Below, piece by piece: positions 42,607 through 54,020 of a stretch of DNA of 64,000 nt. The notes below the pieces were generated by a model. That model was not told the DNA's origin, did no database searches, and saw nothing but the letters and a program-made list of their open reading frames with translations. The DNA lies in IMG/VR virus record IMGVR_UViG_3300024999_000053, positions 1 through 64,000 of that record. One strand, written 5' to 3'. How positions within the stretch are numbered: the stretch's first letter is position 1; the number at the start of each line of letters is the position of its first letter. The position numbers and the translations under genes are program-made. Source of the DNA: a virus.

Positions 42607-43647
42607 TTGGCTCTAACAAAACCCATATTAACATCTCCGATAATCCCTTTCCCTGCAACAGAAAATCACATAATAAAATTTAGTTCGTCTGGTTCACAAG
42701 TTGTTTATAATGAGATAGAAATTTACACTAGTATTACTAGTCCTCCTGATATACCAATATTTTCAGAAAAAATACAATCGTTTGTTTTTGAACATTTAAT
42801 TCCATTAAATACTCTTACAAATAACACAGAATATAAAGTTCGTATTAGAACATACGATGTGACAAATATAACTTATTCTTCATGGTCAGATTGGGTTGTA
42901 TTTTTTTGTTTTTCTATACCTGTTGTTACTATTGATAATATAATAGATGAAACAATAAATAATCAAACATTTACATTTAATGGTTCATGTACTACACAAG
43001 ACCCTTTAAATTCTTATAAGTATTTATTGTATGACGAAAATCAAACATTAATTCAAGCATTTAGTGAATTATTTGATGGATTACTTGAACAAGAAATTAC
43101 TGGATTAGACAATGGGGAAAAGAAATATTTAGAATTAAAAGTAATTACTGATAATAACATGGAAGGTACTTCTGGATTAATAGAATTTACTCCCATATAT
43201 ATTCAACCACGTTTAGCTTCCGCAATTAATTTAGAAAATTATTTAGAACAAGGAAGTATAAAAATAACTGCCAATATAATTCAAATTATTGGTCATAACA
43301 TAGGAAGTATATCTTATGAAAATGATGAATGGGTAGTAATACCTAATGGAAGTACAGTTTATTTTGATATGACAAATGGTTTTAGTTTAAGCAAAGACTT
43401 TACATTGGATATATGGTGCAAAGGATTAACAGAGGATTTAGTGTTTTTGAAACTTATGTCTGATTATGGATATATAGATTTTATATACTATGAAAATAAA
43501 ATTCATTGTTTTAAGCATCTTTATAATAATGGAATTATTCCCCATTATGCTTCAAATATATTGGAATTTATTTTAACAGATAATATATATATTCATATAG
43601 AACAAATTAATGATGCATTGAGTTTGCAAATAGGAATCATTGCATAA
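42607..43647 (+). CDS. Tail-tip protein with FN3-like N-terminus
   Basis: LTNNTEYKVRIRTYD...SSWSDWV. Confidence 0.55.
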   Translation: MALTKPILTSPIIPFPATENHIIKFSSSGSQVVYNEIEIYTSITSPPDIPIFSEKIQSFVFEHLIPLNTLTNNTEYKVRIRTYDVTNITYSSWSDWVVFFCFSIPVVTIDNIIDETINNQTFTFNGSCTTQDPLNSYKYLLYDENQTLIQAFSELFDGLLEQEITGLDNGEKKYLELKVITDNNMEGTSGLIEFTPIYIQPRLASAINLENYLEQGSIKITANIIQIIGHNIGSISYENDEWVVIPNGSTVYFDMTNGFSLSKDFTLDIWCKGLTEDLVFLKLMSDYGYIDFIYYENKIHCFKHLYNNGIIPHYASNILEFILTDNIYIHIEQINDALSLQIGIIA

Positions 43648-43663
43648 AGGTAGGTGAAAAATA

Positions 43664-44545
43664 TTGATAATTTCTTATGATTTTTTTGGATATGAAGATG
43701 GCACTCTATTCGATTCCAATGTTAGTTTAGGAACGTATAATCGTCTTGAATTAAAGAATGGTAAATTTGATGAAGTAAAAATAGATGAAGAAATATTGGC
43801 ATATGATTCTGGGAAAAAAGAATGGGGTTATTATACTGTTTTTAAGGCAGAATTTAAAAATGACCTTGAAGCAGGTAATGTGAATTTAAATGGCGTACCG
43901 ATTATAAAATTTAAACTTCAAAAAAGAAAATCAACAGAATTATTATGGCAAGATGTAAAAGAATTTGATTTTGATATTAATATACAGCAATATGTAATAA
44001 TAGATAAATTTGTAGAGTCGGGTGAAACTTATGAATATTCATTGATGCCAGTTGGCGCAGGAGAGATTTATGGAGATAGATCAACTCTTAGCGTAGATTG
44101 CGAATTTGAAAATACGTGGATTTTTGATAAAGATATAATTTATCAATTATTATATAATCTTGAATATTCAGAAATTGAGAATATACAAAAATCAGTCACA
44201 TTTGAAACATTGGGTTCACAGTATCCAATCATTGTTGATTCTGATTTAGATTATAGGCAGTCGAGTATAAAGGCAATGCTTGTTAGTAATGGAAGTATGA
44301 ATGGAAATATTGATGTTAAACAAGAAAAATTAAATAGAAAACAAATAGTAAGTTTCTTGAAAAGTCGTCAACCTAAAATATTAAAAGATGGTGGAGGTAA
44401 TTATATATTAGTTAAATTATCTAATGTTAAAGAAATGCCAAAAAATGAATTTAATCAAAGATTATATGATATTTCATTTTCATGGACAGAAATTGGTGAC
44501 GCATTAGATGATAAAACGTTAAGACAAAACAATTTGTTGGATTAA
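43664..44545 (+). CDS. Distal tail-like protein
   Basis: ETLGSQYPII...QPKILKDGGG...ISFSWTEIGD. Confidence 0.55.
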   Translation: MIISYDFFGYEDGTLFDSNVSLGTYNRLELKNGKFDEVKIDEEILAYDSGKKEWGYYTVFKAEFKNDLEAGNVNLNGVPIIKFKLQKRKSTELLWQDVKEFDFDINIQQYVIIDKFVESGETYEYSLMPVGAGEIYGDRSTLSVDCEFENTWIFDKDIIYQLLYNLEYSEIENIQKSVTFETLGSQYPIIVDSDLDYRQSSIKAMLVSNGSMNGNIDVKQEKLNRKQIVSFLKSRQPKILKDGGGNYILVKLSNVKEMPKNEFNQRLYDISFSWTEIGDALDDKTLRQNNLLD

Positions 44546-44558
44546 GGAAGTGTAAAAA

Positions 44559-45815
44559 ATGTCTACACAGCAAGAATATAATTTATTGTTGCGAAATACA
44601 AGAAAATTAAAAGTAAAAATTGATTTATTCAATGAATTAGAAAAGAAAGTTGGAGGTCTTGAAGGAGTATGTACTGGTGGTTCTGTAAGTTTACAAGGAG
44701 ATAGCAATTATCGAAGAACTTGCAATATTGATTTAGTTTTAAATGATAGTAGTTTATTACCATCTCCAAGTTCAAAAATATGGTTAAACAAGAGAATGCA
44801 AATATTTATTGGTTTAACTGATTTTGACGATACTATTGTGTATTTCAATATGGGAAAATATGCAATGAATAAAGTGTCTTTAAAATATGGTATGGTAGAT
44901 AAAACAATATCTTTAAGTAATCTTGATTATATGGCATTTTTAGATGGTATATTGGATGGACACATACCAAATAAAGTTGTAATTCCAGAAGATGTGCCAA
45001 TTTCTCAAGCAATTAGAAGCGCAGTTCAAATTTTAGGTAAAGTGAGTAAAGTATTAATTGATACTTTAATAATTGATGGTTTAGAAGCAACTATACCTTA
45101 TGAATTAGAATTTAGTGCAGGAAGTACCGTATATGACATAATTAAGAAACTGGCAGAACTATATAAAGGGTGGGAATTCTATTTTGATGAAAATGGATAT
45201 TTTGTATTTAAGAAAATACCAGACAGAAAAGATGACCCAATCATATGGGATTTTAATCAAGATAAAATGAAGTTAAATATTGATTTTAATAATGATGTTG
45301 ATTTTGAGAATGTGAAAAATTCTATATACATATGGGGAAAAGTGATGTCAAATGCTTCTCAAGCAACTTGGGTATATAGAAATAGATGGGCAAGAGATAC
45401 GACAATTATAAGAGATTCTTTAACAGATAAAATTAAAGGAGATATTTGTCATGTAAATGATGAGAATAAGTCATATTTGTGGAATGGTTCTGCATGGCAA
45501 TTATTAGACTTTACTGTAATTCCTAAATTTAACATTGAAAATATTAGTGAGAAAAAATATTCAGAAACAGATGATAATTTGTTTAATGAAAATCAGTGTA
45601 AAGTTAAATCAGAATATAATTTATGGTTGTATAGTAATTTTAATGAAAGTATAAGTGGTAACTGTATTCCAGTTTACAAATTAGAGATAAATAAAATAAT
45701 TGCATTATCTGTAAATGATATTGGAATTGATGGTAATTATGTGTTGAATTCATTAAGTATACCGTTGGATGTAGGAGGTTCGATGGGATTTTCAGCATCG
45801 AAAATGTACTATTAA
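44559..45815 (+). CDS. Tail hub/Tal-like protein (DUF5048-like)
   Basis: RRTCNIDL...IWLNK...WEFYFDENGYFVFKK...KNSIYIWG. Confidence 0.55.
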   Translation: MSTQQEYNLLLRNTRKLKVKIDLFNELEKKVGGLEGVCTGGSVSLQGDSNYRRTCNIDLVLNDSSLLPSPSSKIWLNKRMQIFIGLTDFDDTIVYFNMGKYAMNKVSLKYGMVDKTISLSNLDYMAFLDGILDGHIPNKVVIPEDVPISQAIRSAVQILGKVSKVLIDTLIIDGLEATIPYELEFSAGSTVYDIIKKLAELYKGWEFYFDENGYFVFKKIPDRKDDPIIWDFNQDKMKLNIDFNNDVDFENVKNSIYIWGKVMSNASQATWVYRNRWARDTTIIRDSLTDKIKGDICHVNDENKSYLWNGSAWQLLDFTVIPKFNIENISEKKYSETDDNLFNENQCKVKSEYNLWLYSNFNESISGNCIPVYKLEINKIIALSVNDIGIDGNYVLNSLSIPLDVGGSMGFSASKMYY

Positions 45816-45847
45816 TAAATAATAATTAAAAATAAGGAGGATATGTA

Positions 45848-47191
45848 GTGAGTTATAACAGAAGCACTTTTCCAGAGCAAATAGATTCACTCCCAGAATT
45901 ACTATCGCTTTCGGCAGATCAATATGTTAATGCTGAAAGATATAGAACTTTATTAGTTAAAACCAATAAAACTCCTGATGAAATAATAGAACTTAATCAG
46001 TTATCAATAACATTAAAAAATTATATTATAGATCCAGAGACTTGGAATAAGTTTTCTGATATTTGCATTGGATTAGAAACATTTTTTAGTTCTGAAGTAC
46101 AAGGATATATAGATACTAAACAAATTGCATTTGATTCAACAATTACAGAAAAAACAAATCTATTCGATGTAAAACTTAATCGTTTTACTTTTCTAGATGA
46201 ATATAATCCAATTACTCAGTATAGGATTTGGAACACTTTGTCTTACCAAGGCGAGTCGTATCTGTGCATATTAGATTCTCTTGGTAATTTACCGACTAAT
46301 ACTACATATTTTAAGAAAATAGCTCAACGTGGGGCACAGGGCGAAGTTGGTGCATCGGGGACTGGTCTTCGTTTCAAGGGTGCTTGGAGTGGATCAACAT
46401 CATATCTTGTCGATGACGGAATTCAGTACCTCGGAGCTTATTTTGGTTGCTTGCAAGACAATATTGGGCAAGAACCTAATCCTAATCAAGCTACAGCATA
46501 TTGGGCATTAGCTGTTGGTAAAGGTCAATCTACTGGAACCGTAGAATTGAAAAATGTTGTAACTGTGAGTAATATAACAAGTAATATTCCTATAGGTATT
46601 CCTGAATATAATCATTTAACAGATTCATTAACAGTGATTAAAAATACCACTGTTTTAACTGAAGGCGTAACAGAAGATTACGTAATTAATGCTAATGGAA
46701 TTTCAATTGATAATGTAGATGGATTATTGGATGGAACAGTAACACCTATTAGATTTGAATTTAAAGTATTTAAAAATTATGTTTTAGATTTAACATTTTC
46801 TGATGGGAATATGATACAAAATGATACCATTGGAGATGAAAAATTAAAACCTGATAATAAAATTGGATCAATTGCTACTTTAACAACAACAGATAAGTCT
46901 AGTGTTGTAAATGCAATAAATGAGACATCAATTAAAATCTCTGGTTTATTGGAAAATTATAACACATATTCAAGCAATATTGATAGTAATGGTATTTTTA
47001 CGATAGTAGATTACAAGAGAAGTGATACAACCTTACATCTCAATTCTACATTAAGTGGTGGGACTTCGCCAAACTATGTTACTGATACATGGACTTATTA
47101 TGAATTAGATGGCACTACAGTTAGTAGCACTTTAGTTTGGACATTGGGTTATGATTCTAATGGAAATTTAATTAGTAGAACACATCCATAA
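45848..47191 (+). CDS. Tail fibre/baseplate protein with CBM5/12-like repeats
   Basis: STFPEQIDS start; collagen-like RGAQGEVGASG; GAWSGSTSY...EPNPNQATAYW. Confidence 0.55.
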   Translation: MSYNRSTFPEQIDSLPELLSLSADQYVNAERYRTLLVKTNKTPDEIIELNQLSITLKNYIIDPETWNKFSDICIGLETFFSSEVQGYIDTKQIAFDSTITEKTNLFDVKLNRFTFLDEYNPITQYRIWNTLSYQGESYLCILDSLGNLPTNTTYFKKIAQRGAQGEVGASGTGLRFKGAWSGSTSYLVDDGIQYLGAYFGCLQDNIGQEPNPNQATAYWALAVGKGQSTGTVELKNVVTVSNITSNIPIGIPEYNHLTDSLTVIKNTTVLTEGVTEDYVINANGISIDNVDGLLDGTVTPIRFEFKVFKNYVLDLTFSDGNMIQNDTIGDEKLKPDNKIGSIATLTTTDKSSVVNAINETSIKISGLLENYNTYSSNIDSNGIFTIVDYKRSDTTLHLNSTLSGGTSPNYVTDTWTYYELDGTTVSSTLVWTLGYDSNGNLISRTHP

Positions 47192-47281
47192 AAACACAAA
47201 TATATAAAAAATGAATAATTTTAAAATTTGAGCAGATTAATTAATCTGCTCTTTTATTTTGTCTAAAAAGGAGTGTTAAAA

Positions 47282-47449
47282 ATGAATGTATATAATTGTT
47301 TTTCTCAAAAATTAGCCGGATTTTTGTTAATGAATGGATTTTCAATTACAGGAATTAAGTCAGATTTAAAAAATACGGGAAGAACTATTTATCTATTTCA
47401 AAATAGTGAATTACTCCAAAAAGCTATTGCTAAATATAAAACTGTTTAA
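47282..47449 (+). CDS. Small DUF5659-like protein (55 aa, not in ORF track)
   Basis: MNVYNCFSQKLAGFLLMNGFSITGIKSDLKNTGRTIYLFQNSELLQKAIAKY; RBS AAGGAG. Confidence 0.7.
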   Translation: MNVYNCFSQKLAGFLLMNGFSITGIKSDLKNTGRTIYLFQNSELLQKAIAKYKTV

Positions 47450-47524
47450 TTAAGGAAGGAAGGTTGTTTAAAAATATCTAAAATAAGATTTATTCCTATA
47501 AAAACATATGAAGAATATGTTGAA

Positions 47525-48325
47525 GTGTTTAAAAGCAATTGTGAAGAATTAGGAAGAACAATAAAAGTCAGTGAATTAAGAAAACATGAATTTGGTTTGC
47601 CAGATAGTAATTGGTTTGTTAGAAACTGTCCTGATTTAGATGTAAAATTTTATAGAGATTTTATTGAATATTTAGGATATAAAAATCCACATAGAAAATA
47701 TACTTTTGAGATTGCATATGAAGAATTTGCAAAAAGAGGATTAATATTATTACCCCAAGAATATAAAAGTTGTGTAATTCCTTTAGCATATATTTGTCCT
47801 AAACATCCAAATATTATTCAATACAAAACATTAAATAATTTAATATTTGGAAGTAATTTAATAACTGAAGGAGGATGTTATCTTTGTTTTCTTGATAGTC
47901 AACGAGGGTCTGGACATAATTCTTGGAAAGGCGGTTCTTCAGCATTGAATCCATATTTAAGAGACTTTATTAAAGAGTGGAAAAAAGAAAGTGCGAAAAA
48001 TTGTAATTATAAATGCATAATTACAGGGAAAATATTTGATGATATACACCACTTATATTCTTTCAATAAAATATTAAAAGAAATAATTGAAGAATCTAAT
48101 TTACCGATTTACACAACTATAAGTGACTATACAGAGGAAGAATTAAATTTATTAAAGGAGACAAATATAAAAATACATAATAAATATCCTTTGGGTGTAT
48201 GTTTGTGCAAAGAAGTACATGATTTATATCATAATTTATATGGAGATGACAATACTCCTGAGCAATTTGAGGAATTTAGAGAAAGATATAATAGCGGTGA
48301 GTTCAATGTGAAGGTTGGTGAATAA
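47525..48325 (+). CDS. HNH-type homing endonuclease
   Basis: WKGG...YKCIITG...DIHHLYSF...GVCLCKEVHDLYHNLYG. Confidence 0.75.
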   Translation: MFKSNCEELGRTIKVSELRKHEFGLPDSNWFVRNCPDLDVKFYRDFIEYLGYKNPHRKYTFEIAYEEFAKRGLILLPQEYKSCVIPLAYICPKHPNIIQYKTLNNLIFGSNLITEGGCYLCFLDSQRGSGHNSWKGGSSALNPYLRDFIKEWKKESAKNCNYKCIITGKIFDDIHHLYSFNKILKEIIEESNLPIYTTISDYTEEELNLLKETNIKIHNKYPLGVCLCKEVHDLYHNLYGDDNTPEQFEEFRERYNSGEFNVKVGE

Positions 48326-51300
48326 ATGATTAATATTGAAAATGTTTTAAGAGATCATGGTATTGGAGTAGGAATATCAAAACAGAAATATTTAGATATG
48401 GAACGCAGAGCAATTAATGGAGAAGCGATTGCCGATATTACTGATCGAACCATTGGAGCCAGTGGATTTTTTTATGACCTGTTTGATAATACAAATGATC
48501 ATTCTTGTGGAGTAATGGACAATCGTAAAACCACAGCATCACAAGTATTATCAGCAGGAACAACAATTCTAACTGATAAAGTCAATGATGCTACAGGTGG
48601 AGATTCTATAAATGGATTTCCTACTGGTTGCGAAATAACACTCCAGCAAAAGAATGATGATGGAGTAACCGAAACAAAAGAATATGTTACTGTTACAAAT
48701 GGTGGAGTGAGTGAAGAAAGTGTTGTAATTGATAGGAGTGTTCCTACTACTGTTGTTGCTAGTGCTTACACAACATCTAAGGATGCCCGTCCACAGATTT
48801 TGAGTAATGGGTGGATAGTTAGTGTTGTAAAGGATACTAGTGTTTATCTACAATTTTATGTAGACAAGCAAGATGGAAATGGTTTTATACCATTATGTAA
48901 TTTATCCAATGTCTCGACAGATGTATCTATAGCATCCAATGGTACATTTATTTATGTGATTAAGACTTATGGGACAGTGGTTAGAAGTTATTATTTTGAT
49001 GCAACAATAGTTAGTGGATCTATCACAGCAACTGAAATTACCATAGATACCCAATCCTCCTTCGGTACAGGTTGCTCCCTAATAATAAACCCAACAGGCA
49101 CAGAACTACACGCCACATGGTCATCCAAAAATGCCACATATCCCAATTCATTCAATATTCGCTATGCAAAAGGCACTATATCTGCTGTAGATGGTAGTGT
49201 AAGTTGGGGTAGTGTTGAGCAGGTATCGATTCAGAATAATATTAACGTTAATCTTACAAATCCTTGTATTACAATTAAAGATAATAAACCTATAATTGTA
49301 GTTCAGCAACTAGCTGGTTCTAATTATTTTATTTCATGCTTTGTGTGGAATGGATCTTCTTGGTTAGGTGGTCCTGGTTCTTATGATATTCAAGACTATA
49401 CAACCTATGCCCAATCTTCACCAGACGCAATCTGCGATGAAAACGGGATTTTATGGGTAACGTGGCAAGGAAAAGATGCTACTCATCCTGATGTGGATAA
49501 TATTCATTGTAAATATTCTTCGGATGGTGGAGTAACATGGGTCAATGCAAATGGTGCTACTGATAAATTAACAATTGGAAACGTTTATCGTATGCAGAAG
49601 CCTTCAATTACATCCGATAAAAATGCTAACGTGTATATTTTGTTTAATGAATACAAGGGAGCGAATATATTTCAAGTTAGTAAGATTGTTTATGATGGAA
49701 CTGTATGGAGTAATATTACAACTTTAACATCAATATCAACTCAGAATGCAAACTATCCTCCGAATCCATCAACATGTAGTAATTATAATGATTTTACAGA
49801 TGCTATATCTGTATATAGTAATGTCAATCAAGATACTTCAACTGGTTCAGTTCAATTCCGTGGCATCTTCTCTCAAACATCTCAAGTCCCTCACCTAGAA
49901 ATAACACCATTGCAGCACTCCTATAAAACTAATGTTTTAATTTATCGTAGTTTAGGTAATGTTGATACTGTAAATGGGAGATTAGGGTTTAGTGATGGGT
50001 TTCAATCCACAACAACTTATGATCGTTCTACACCTACAACTGTTGTAAATTCTGCTTATGATACAAGTGGTAATGGCGGTAGGAAGTTGGTTAGGTTGAG
50101 TAATGGGTGGCTGGTTTGTGCGATGTATGATAGTCCAAACAACTCTACTAAATTTTATGTGTCCAAAGACAATGGTGCTACATGGAGTCAACTATGTATG
50201 CTAAATGGTCAATTTAATGGCTTCTCTATAACTTCTTATGGAACTAAAGTACACATGATTGCTTCATATCAAGGAGCAGTAGCAACCAATAGGAGTTTGA
50301 GTTTTGATGCGACAACAGTAACAAACATAGATATGGTAGGATCAACTGTAATTATTGATAGTGGTCAGACAATGATGGGTGCAAATTCTATTACAATAGA
50401 CTCCCTCGGCAATCTCCATGCTTGTTGGTCGTCAAAAAATTCGACATATCCCAATAGCTTCAATTTAAGATTTTCAAAGTCGGTTGATGGTGGGGCTACT
50501 TGGAGTGCTGTGACTCAGGTAACTAATGCTAACACAAGTACATTAAACTGGGTAAATCCTTGCATAGTTATTAGGAATAACTTACCAATCATAATATTTG
50601 AACAACAAATGTCTGGTTCGTATGCTATAAACTGCAATTACTTTAATGGAACGACTTGGTTAACAGCAAGCAATGGTACCGGAATACAACTTGTTCAATT
50701 AGCATACACTCAATCCGATCCATCCTCAATAGTTAAAAAATACGGTTCAAATATTGGTCGTATCTGGACTGCATGGCATGGATTAGATTCCACTGATACC
50801 ACAAAACAAAACGTAAGAGTTAATTATTCAGATGATTCAGGAACAATATGGAATACAGCAACTAAAATCACTACAGGTAACACAGTTGACCGTAAAAACG
50901 TTTCTCTCACTGAAGATACAAGTGGAAATGTCTATGCTGTTTATGAGGATAATGGAACATTAGTTTATCAAGTTTGCAATAATGGAACAACTACTTTTGG
51001 AGGATTAACAACTATCGGAACAGGGACTAATGTGAGTGCATTAGATAATTCAAGTGAAGTAAGCTTTACTAAACCATTAATTGTTTATATGAGTGCTAGT
51101 ACAGTTAAATTTTATGGGTTGTGGGAGGATATTGTAATTTTGCCACTTTTAGAAGAAGATATCAGATACGCCATAACTCCACCTGAAGCAGTCCCCTCAG
51201 TAACGTCATGGATAAATTATGATCATAATGCTAATTTCTCAATTGATACAAAAATATCACTTGTTTCCTCAGCATCAAATGAGAATTATGGTACACCTAC

Positions 51301-51460
51301 AAAGACTTATACTAAAGTGGTCGATGTAAATACTGATGAAGATCAATATGCATATATGGCAAGTAGTAATGATAAAATTACCCAAAGAATAACAATGACC
51401 AGAACTAACACAGGAGATGACACTTTTGGAATTACTAAATTATTGGGAGCAATAGGATAA
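48326..51460 (+). CDS. Receptor-binding/tail protein with two BNR (Asp-box) beta-propeller units
   Basis: SSDGGVTW, SKDNGATW, SVDGGATW, SDDSGTIW; duplicated WSSKN.TYPNSFN.R. Confidence 0.7.
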   Translation: MINIENVLRDHGIGVGISKQKYLDMERRAINGEAIADITDRTIGASGFFYDLFDNTNDHSCGVMDNRKTTASQVLSAGTTILTDKVNDATGGDSINGFPTGCEITLQQKNDDGVTETKEYVTVTNGGVSEESVVIDRSVPTTVVASAYTTSKDARPQILSNGWIVSVVKDTSVYLQFYVDKQDGNGFIPLCNLSNVSTDVSIASNGTFIYVIKTYGTVVRSYYFDATIVSGSITATEITIDTQSSFGTGCSLIINPTGTELHATWSSKNATYPNSFNIRYAKGTISAVDGSVSWGSVEQVSIQNNINVNLTNPCITIKDNKPIIVVQQLAGSNYFISCFVWNGSSWLGGPGSYDIQDYTTYAQSSPDAICDENGILWVTWQGKDATHPDVDNIHCKYSSDGGVTWVNANGATDKLTIGNVYRMQKPSITSDKNANVYILFNEYKGANIFQVSKIVYDGTVWSNITTLTSISTQNANYPPNPSTCSNYNDFTDAISVYSNVNQDTSTGSVQFRGIFSQTSQVPHLEITPLQHSYKTNVLIYRSLGNVDTVNGRLGFSDGFQSTTTYDRSTPTTVVNSAYDTSGNGGRKLVRLSNGWLVCAMYDSPNNSTKFYVSKDNGATWSQLCMLNGQFNGFSITSYGTKVHMIASYQGAVATNRSLSFDATTVTNIDMVGSTVIIDSGQTMMGANSITIDSLGNLHACWSSKNSTYPNSFNLRFSKSVDGGATWSAVTQVTNANTSTLNWVNPCIVIRNNLPIIIFEQQMSGSYAINCNYFNGTTWLTASNGTGIQLVQLAYTQSDPSSIVKKYGSNIGRIWTAWHGLDSTDTTKQNVRVNYSDDSGTIWNTATKITTGNTVDRKNVSLTEDTSGNVYAVYEDNGTLVYQVCNNGTTTFGGLTTIGTGTNVSALDNSSEVSFTKPLIVYMSASTVKFYGLWEDIVILPLLEEDIRYAITPPEAVPSVTSWINYDHNANFSIDTKISLVSSASNENYGTPTKTYTKVVDVNTDEDQYAYMASSNDKITQRITMTRTNTGDDTFGITKLLGAIG

Positions 51461-51519
51461 ATAAAATAAAATAAATTTATTATCAGAGACAGGAAATTAT
51501 TTCCTGTCTCTGTATATTA

Positions 51520-53223
51520 ATGGAGGTGTTAGTCAGTTTGCTATTGACAAAATTTCTTGAAACCACATGGACTCCATCGAATAGAATCCATCTTGAAAAC
51601 AAAGGTTATAAATATAAATATCGAGGAAAAATATTGATAAAAATTGAAGATTTACCATTAAAAAGTAGTAAGAGGGTTGATGTGTTGTGTGATTATTGTG
51701 CGGAAGAGGGGAAAGAAACTATAACATCAATATCATATTCTGATTATACTAGAAGAAAGAATGGGAAAGTTAATAAAGATTGTTGTTTTGCGTGTCAACC
51801 CAAAAAGAATAAAGAAATTAAAAAGTATCTATTTGAAAACAATCAACTTTCTTCTTCTAATTCAGGATATTGGAGTTTTAAAGAAAATAGATTAAAAGGT
51901 GTAAAAAATTATATTGAAAAATATGGTACTATTATTATGGTTTCGTCATATCCTGAAACTATCGCACTTAAAGACGCTTGTTATAAATTTAATGAAACCC
52001 CATTACAACTTGCATTGGAATTGGGTTATGATATTAATAATATATATAAAAAGTTAATTACTAAAAACAAAAATATATCTGATGATATTAAAATTTGGTT
52101 TAATGAGCCTAATAATATAATCGAAACAATCAAACCATTACTATTAAAATATAAACGCTTTCCAACTATAAATGAAATTATTAATGAGACTAATATTACA
52201 AAGAATATAATTGAAAAACATGGTGGTTCTAAAGGGCTTAGAAAATTATTAAACTATAATGATAAAAATGATTTGATAGATGATAGGGGTTGTTATAATA
52301 AATCTACATATGAATATATAACTGCTCAATTTTTAATTCATAATGATGTATCTTATCTTAGAGAGCAACGTCCTTTTCGTAATAGAAAATACCGAAGTGA
52401 CTTTCAATTTATTTTAAATTCAGGTGAAATTATTCATGTCGAGGTATGGGGTTATTCTTTAAATAATACTTATAAAAGAGGTATTGATTATAATAAGAAG
52501 AGAAAAATTAAAGAATCTTTATATGATAAATATAATTTGAAACTTATATCTATTGAATCAGAATTATTTTTATTAAGTTATGATGAGATTCAGAAAGAAT
52601 TATATAATATTTTTAAAGATATTTTAAATCTATCCTTAAAAAATATAAAACAAGAATATATAATACCTCCAAATAAATTAACAGATTCAGAAATAATTTA
52701 TAATTTAAAATCTATCAATAATGATAATAAATTTCCTCCTATTCAGCAAATTGTTAAATTGGGATTAGGTTCTTATATAAGAGAAATACAGAAAAGATAT
52801 GGTAATATTTATTATTTTTTAAAAAAACATAATTTATTATCAAATAATTTTTATTACCCTAAAGAATATTGGAACGATGTTAATAATTTATTTGATAATA
52901 TGAGATATATGATTAAGACATATAATAGAGTATTAACTAGATGGGAAATTAATAAATTTACTAAAAATGATTATATTTTGAGTTTAGGTATTCATCAAAT
53001 TATGGTAAAACATTTTGGTTCAATTTTAAATTGTAAATTAGAATTTTTCTCATTATTTGTTTTAAAAGAATTGAATCCGTTACCTGAATATGAAATTAAT
53101 TGGTTAACTGAAATAGTTGAAAAACGAGGTAATTATAAAAATAAAGCAACTCAAGAACAAAGAGATTTTGCAAACAAAATATTGATACAATCTAAATATA
53201 ATAATATTAGAAAGGTAGGTTAA
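51520..53223 (+). CDS. Free-standing putative endonuclease, paralog of 3852
   Basis: LCDYC; FKENRLK; DLIDDRGCYNKSTYEY; SDFQF...HVEVWGY. Confidence 0.6.
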   Translation: MEVLVSLLLTKFLETTWTPSNRIHLENKGYKYKYRGKILIKIEDLPLKSSKRVDVLCDYCAEEGKETITSISYSDYTRRKNGKVNKDCCFACQPKKNKEIKKYLFENNQLSSSNSGYWSFKENRLKGVKNYIEKYGTIIMVSSYPETIALKDACYKFNETPLQLALELGYDINNIYKKLITKNKNISDDIKIWFNEPNNIIETIKPLLLKYKRFPTINEIINETNITKNIIEKHGGSKGLRKLLNYNDKNDLIDDRGCYNKSTYEYITAQFLIHNDVSYLREQRPFRNRKYRSDFQFILNSGEIIHVEVWGYSLNNTYKRGIDYNKKRKIKESLYDKYNLKLISIESELFLLSYDEIQKELYNIFKDILNLSLKNIKQEYIIPPNKLTDSEIIYNLKSINNDNKFPPIQQIVKLGLGSYIREIQKRYGNIYYFLKKHNLLSNNFYYPKEYWNDVNNLFDNMRYMIKTYNRVLTRWEINKFTKNDYILSLGIHQIMVKHFGSILNCKLEFFSLFVLKELNPLPEYEINWLTEIVEKRGNYKNKATQEQRDFANKILIQSKYNNIRKVG

Positions 53224-53226
53224 TTT

Positions 53227-53640
53227 ATGGAGATTAAAACAGATTTGGGATATGTGAGCGTTGAGTCGCTTTTTGTTCCAGATACATTAGAAGAGTATAA
53301 AGTTTGGAAGAAAAATAAGATTAATGAGGATTACTTGTCTACAGTTAAGTCAGGTTTTCAATCTTCGACTTCAGGAACAGAGTTAATTTATGGATATGCG
53401 GATTTAGATCAAATGAAGTGGCTTAAATTATTCACAAGTGTTAATAGTGGTATTGTTCAATATCCTGTTCCGATTTTTACAAAAGATAATACTATGGTGC
53501 TATTAGATGAAAATCAAATCAGACAATTATTGATTGATATTAATATTTGGGAGTGGGAAAATCAAACAAGATTGCATCAAAAATGGTCAGATGTTGATGC
53601 TTGTGAGACTATTGAAGATACTCAGAATATAAATTGGTAA
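53227..53640 (+). CDS. DUF4376-like tail fibre assembly protein
   Basis: Resembles 40693 (GFQSS...ACETIEDTQNINW). Confidence 0.55.
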   Translation: MEIKTDLGYVSVESLFVPDTLEEYKVWKKNKINEDYLSTVKSGFQSSTSGTELIYGYADLDQMKWLKLFTSVNSGIVQYPVPIFTKDNTMVLLDENQIRQLLIDINIWEWENQTRLHQKWSDVDACETIEDTQNINW

Positions 53641-53653
53641 GGAGATAATTTAA

Positions 53654-53854
53654 ATGATTACAATATCAGAACATAATAATTTAGAAAAATCCAAAAGATT
53701 CATAGGAACTAAAAAACATTCAATGCAAACAAATATTGAATGTCCAAAATGTCATAATGAATTAAAACTTGCTAATAATTCTACTTATTTAAGTAATCCT
53801 CCAAAAAGACAAGTAAAGTGTGTATGTGGGTATGTAGATTATATTTTAGCTTAG
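53654..53854 (+). CDS. Small zinc-ribbon protein
   Basis: CPKCHNEL...SNPP...CVCGY. Confidence 0.6.
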   Translation: MITISEHNNLEKSKRFIGTKKHSMQTNIECPKCHNELKLANNSTYLSNPPKRQVKCVCGYVDYILA

Positions 53855-54020
53855 AGTCAAATTGGTAAGATAAATAATAATCCCAGAAAATACGGATTTG
53901 ATGGTATATTTAGGAATTCAGAATCAAGTTATAGACTGATTACAGATGGAGAGGATTTTATGAGAATTCTCTCTTTTTATTATGTTCAAAAATAAATAAA
54001 TTAAAAAGGAATGATGTTAG

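Noticed and set aside
39761-53640. Diversity-generating retroelement or invertible tail-fibre shufflon
   Set aside because: No reverse transcriptase, no near-identical template/variable repeat pair, no inverted fibre cassettes in this window
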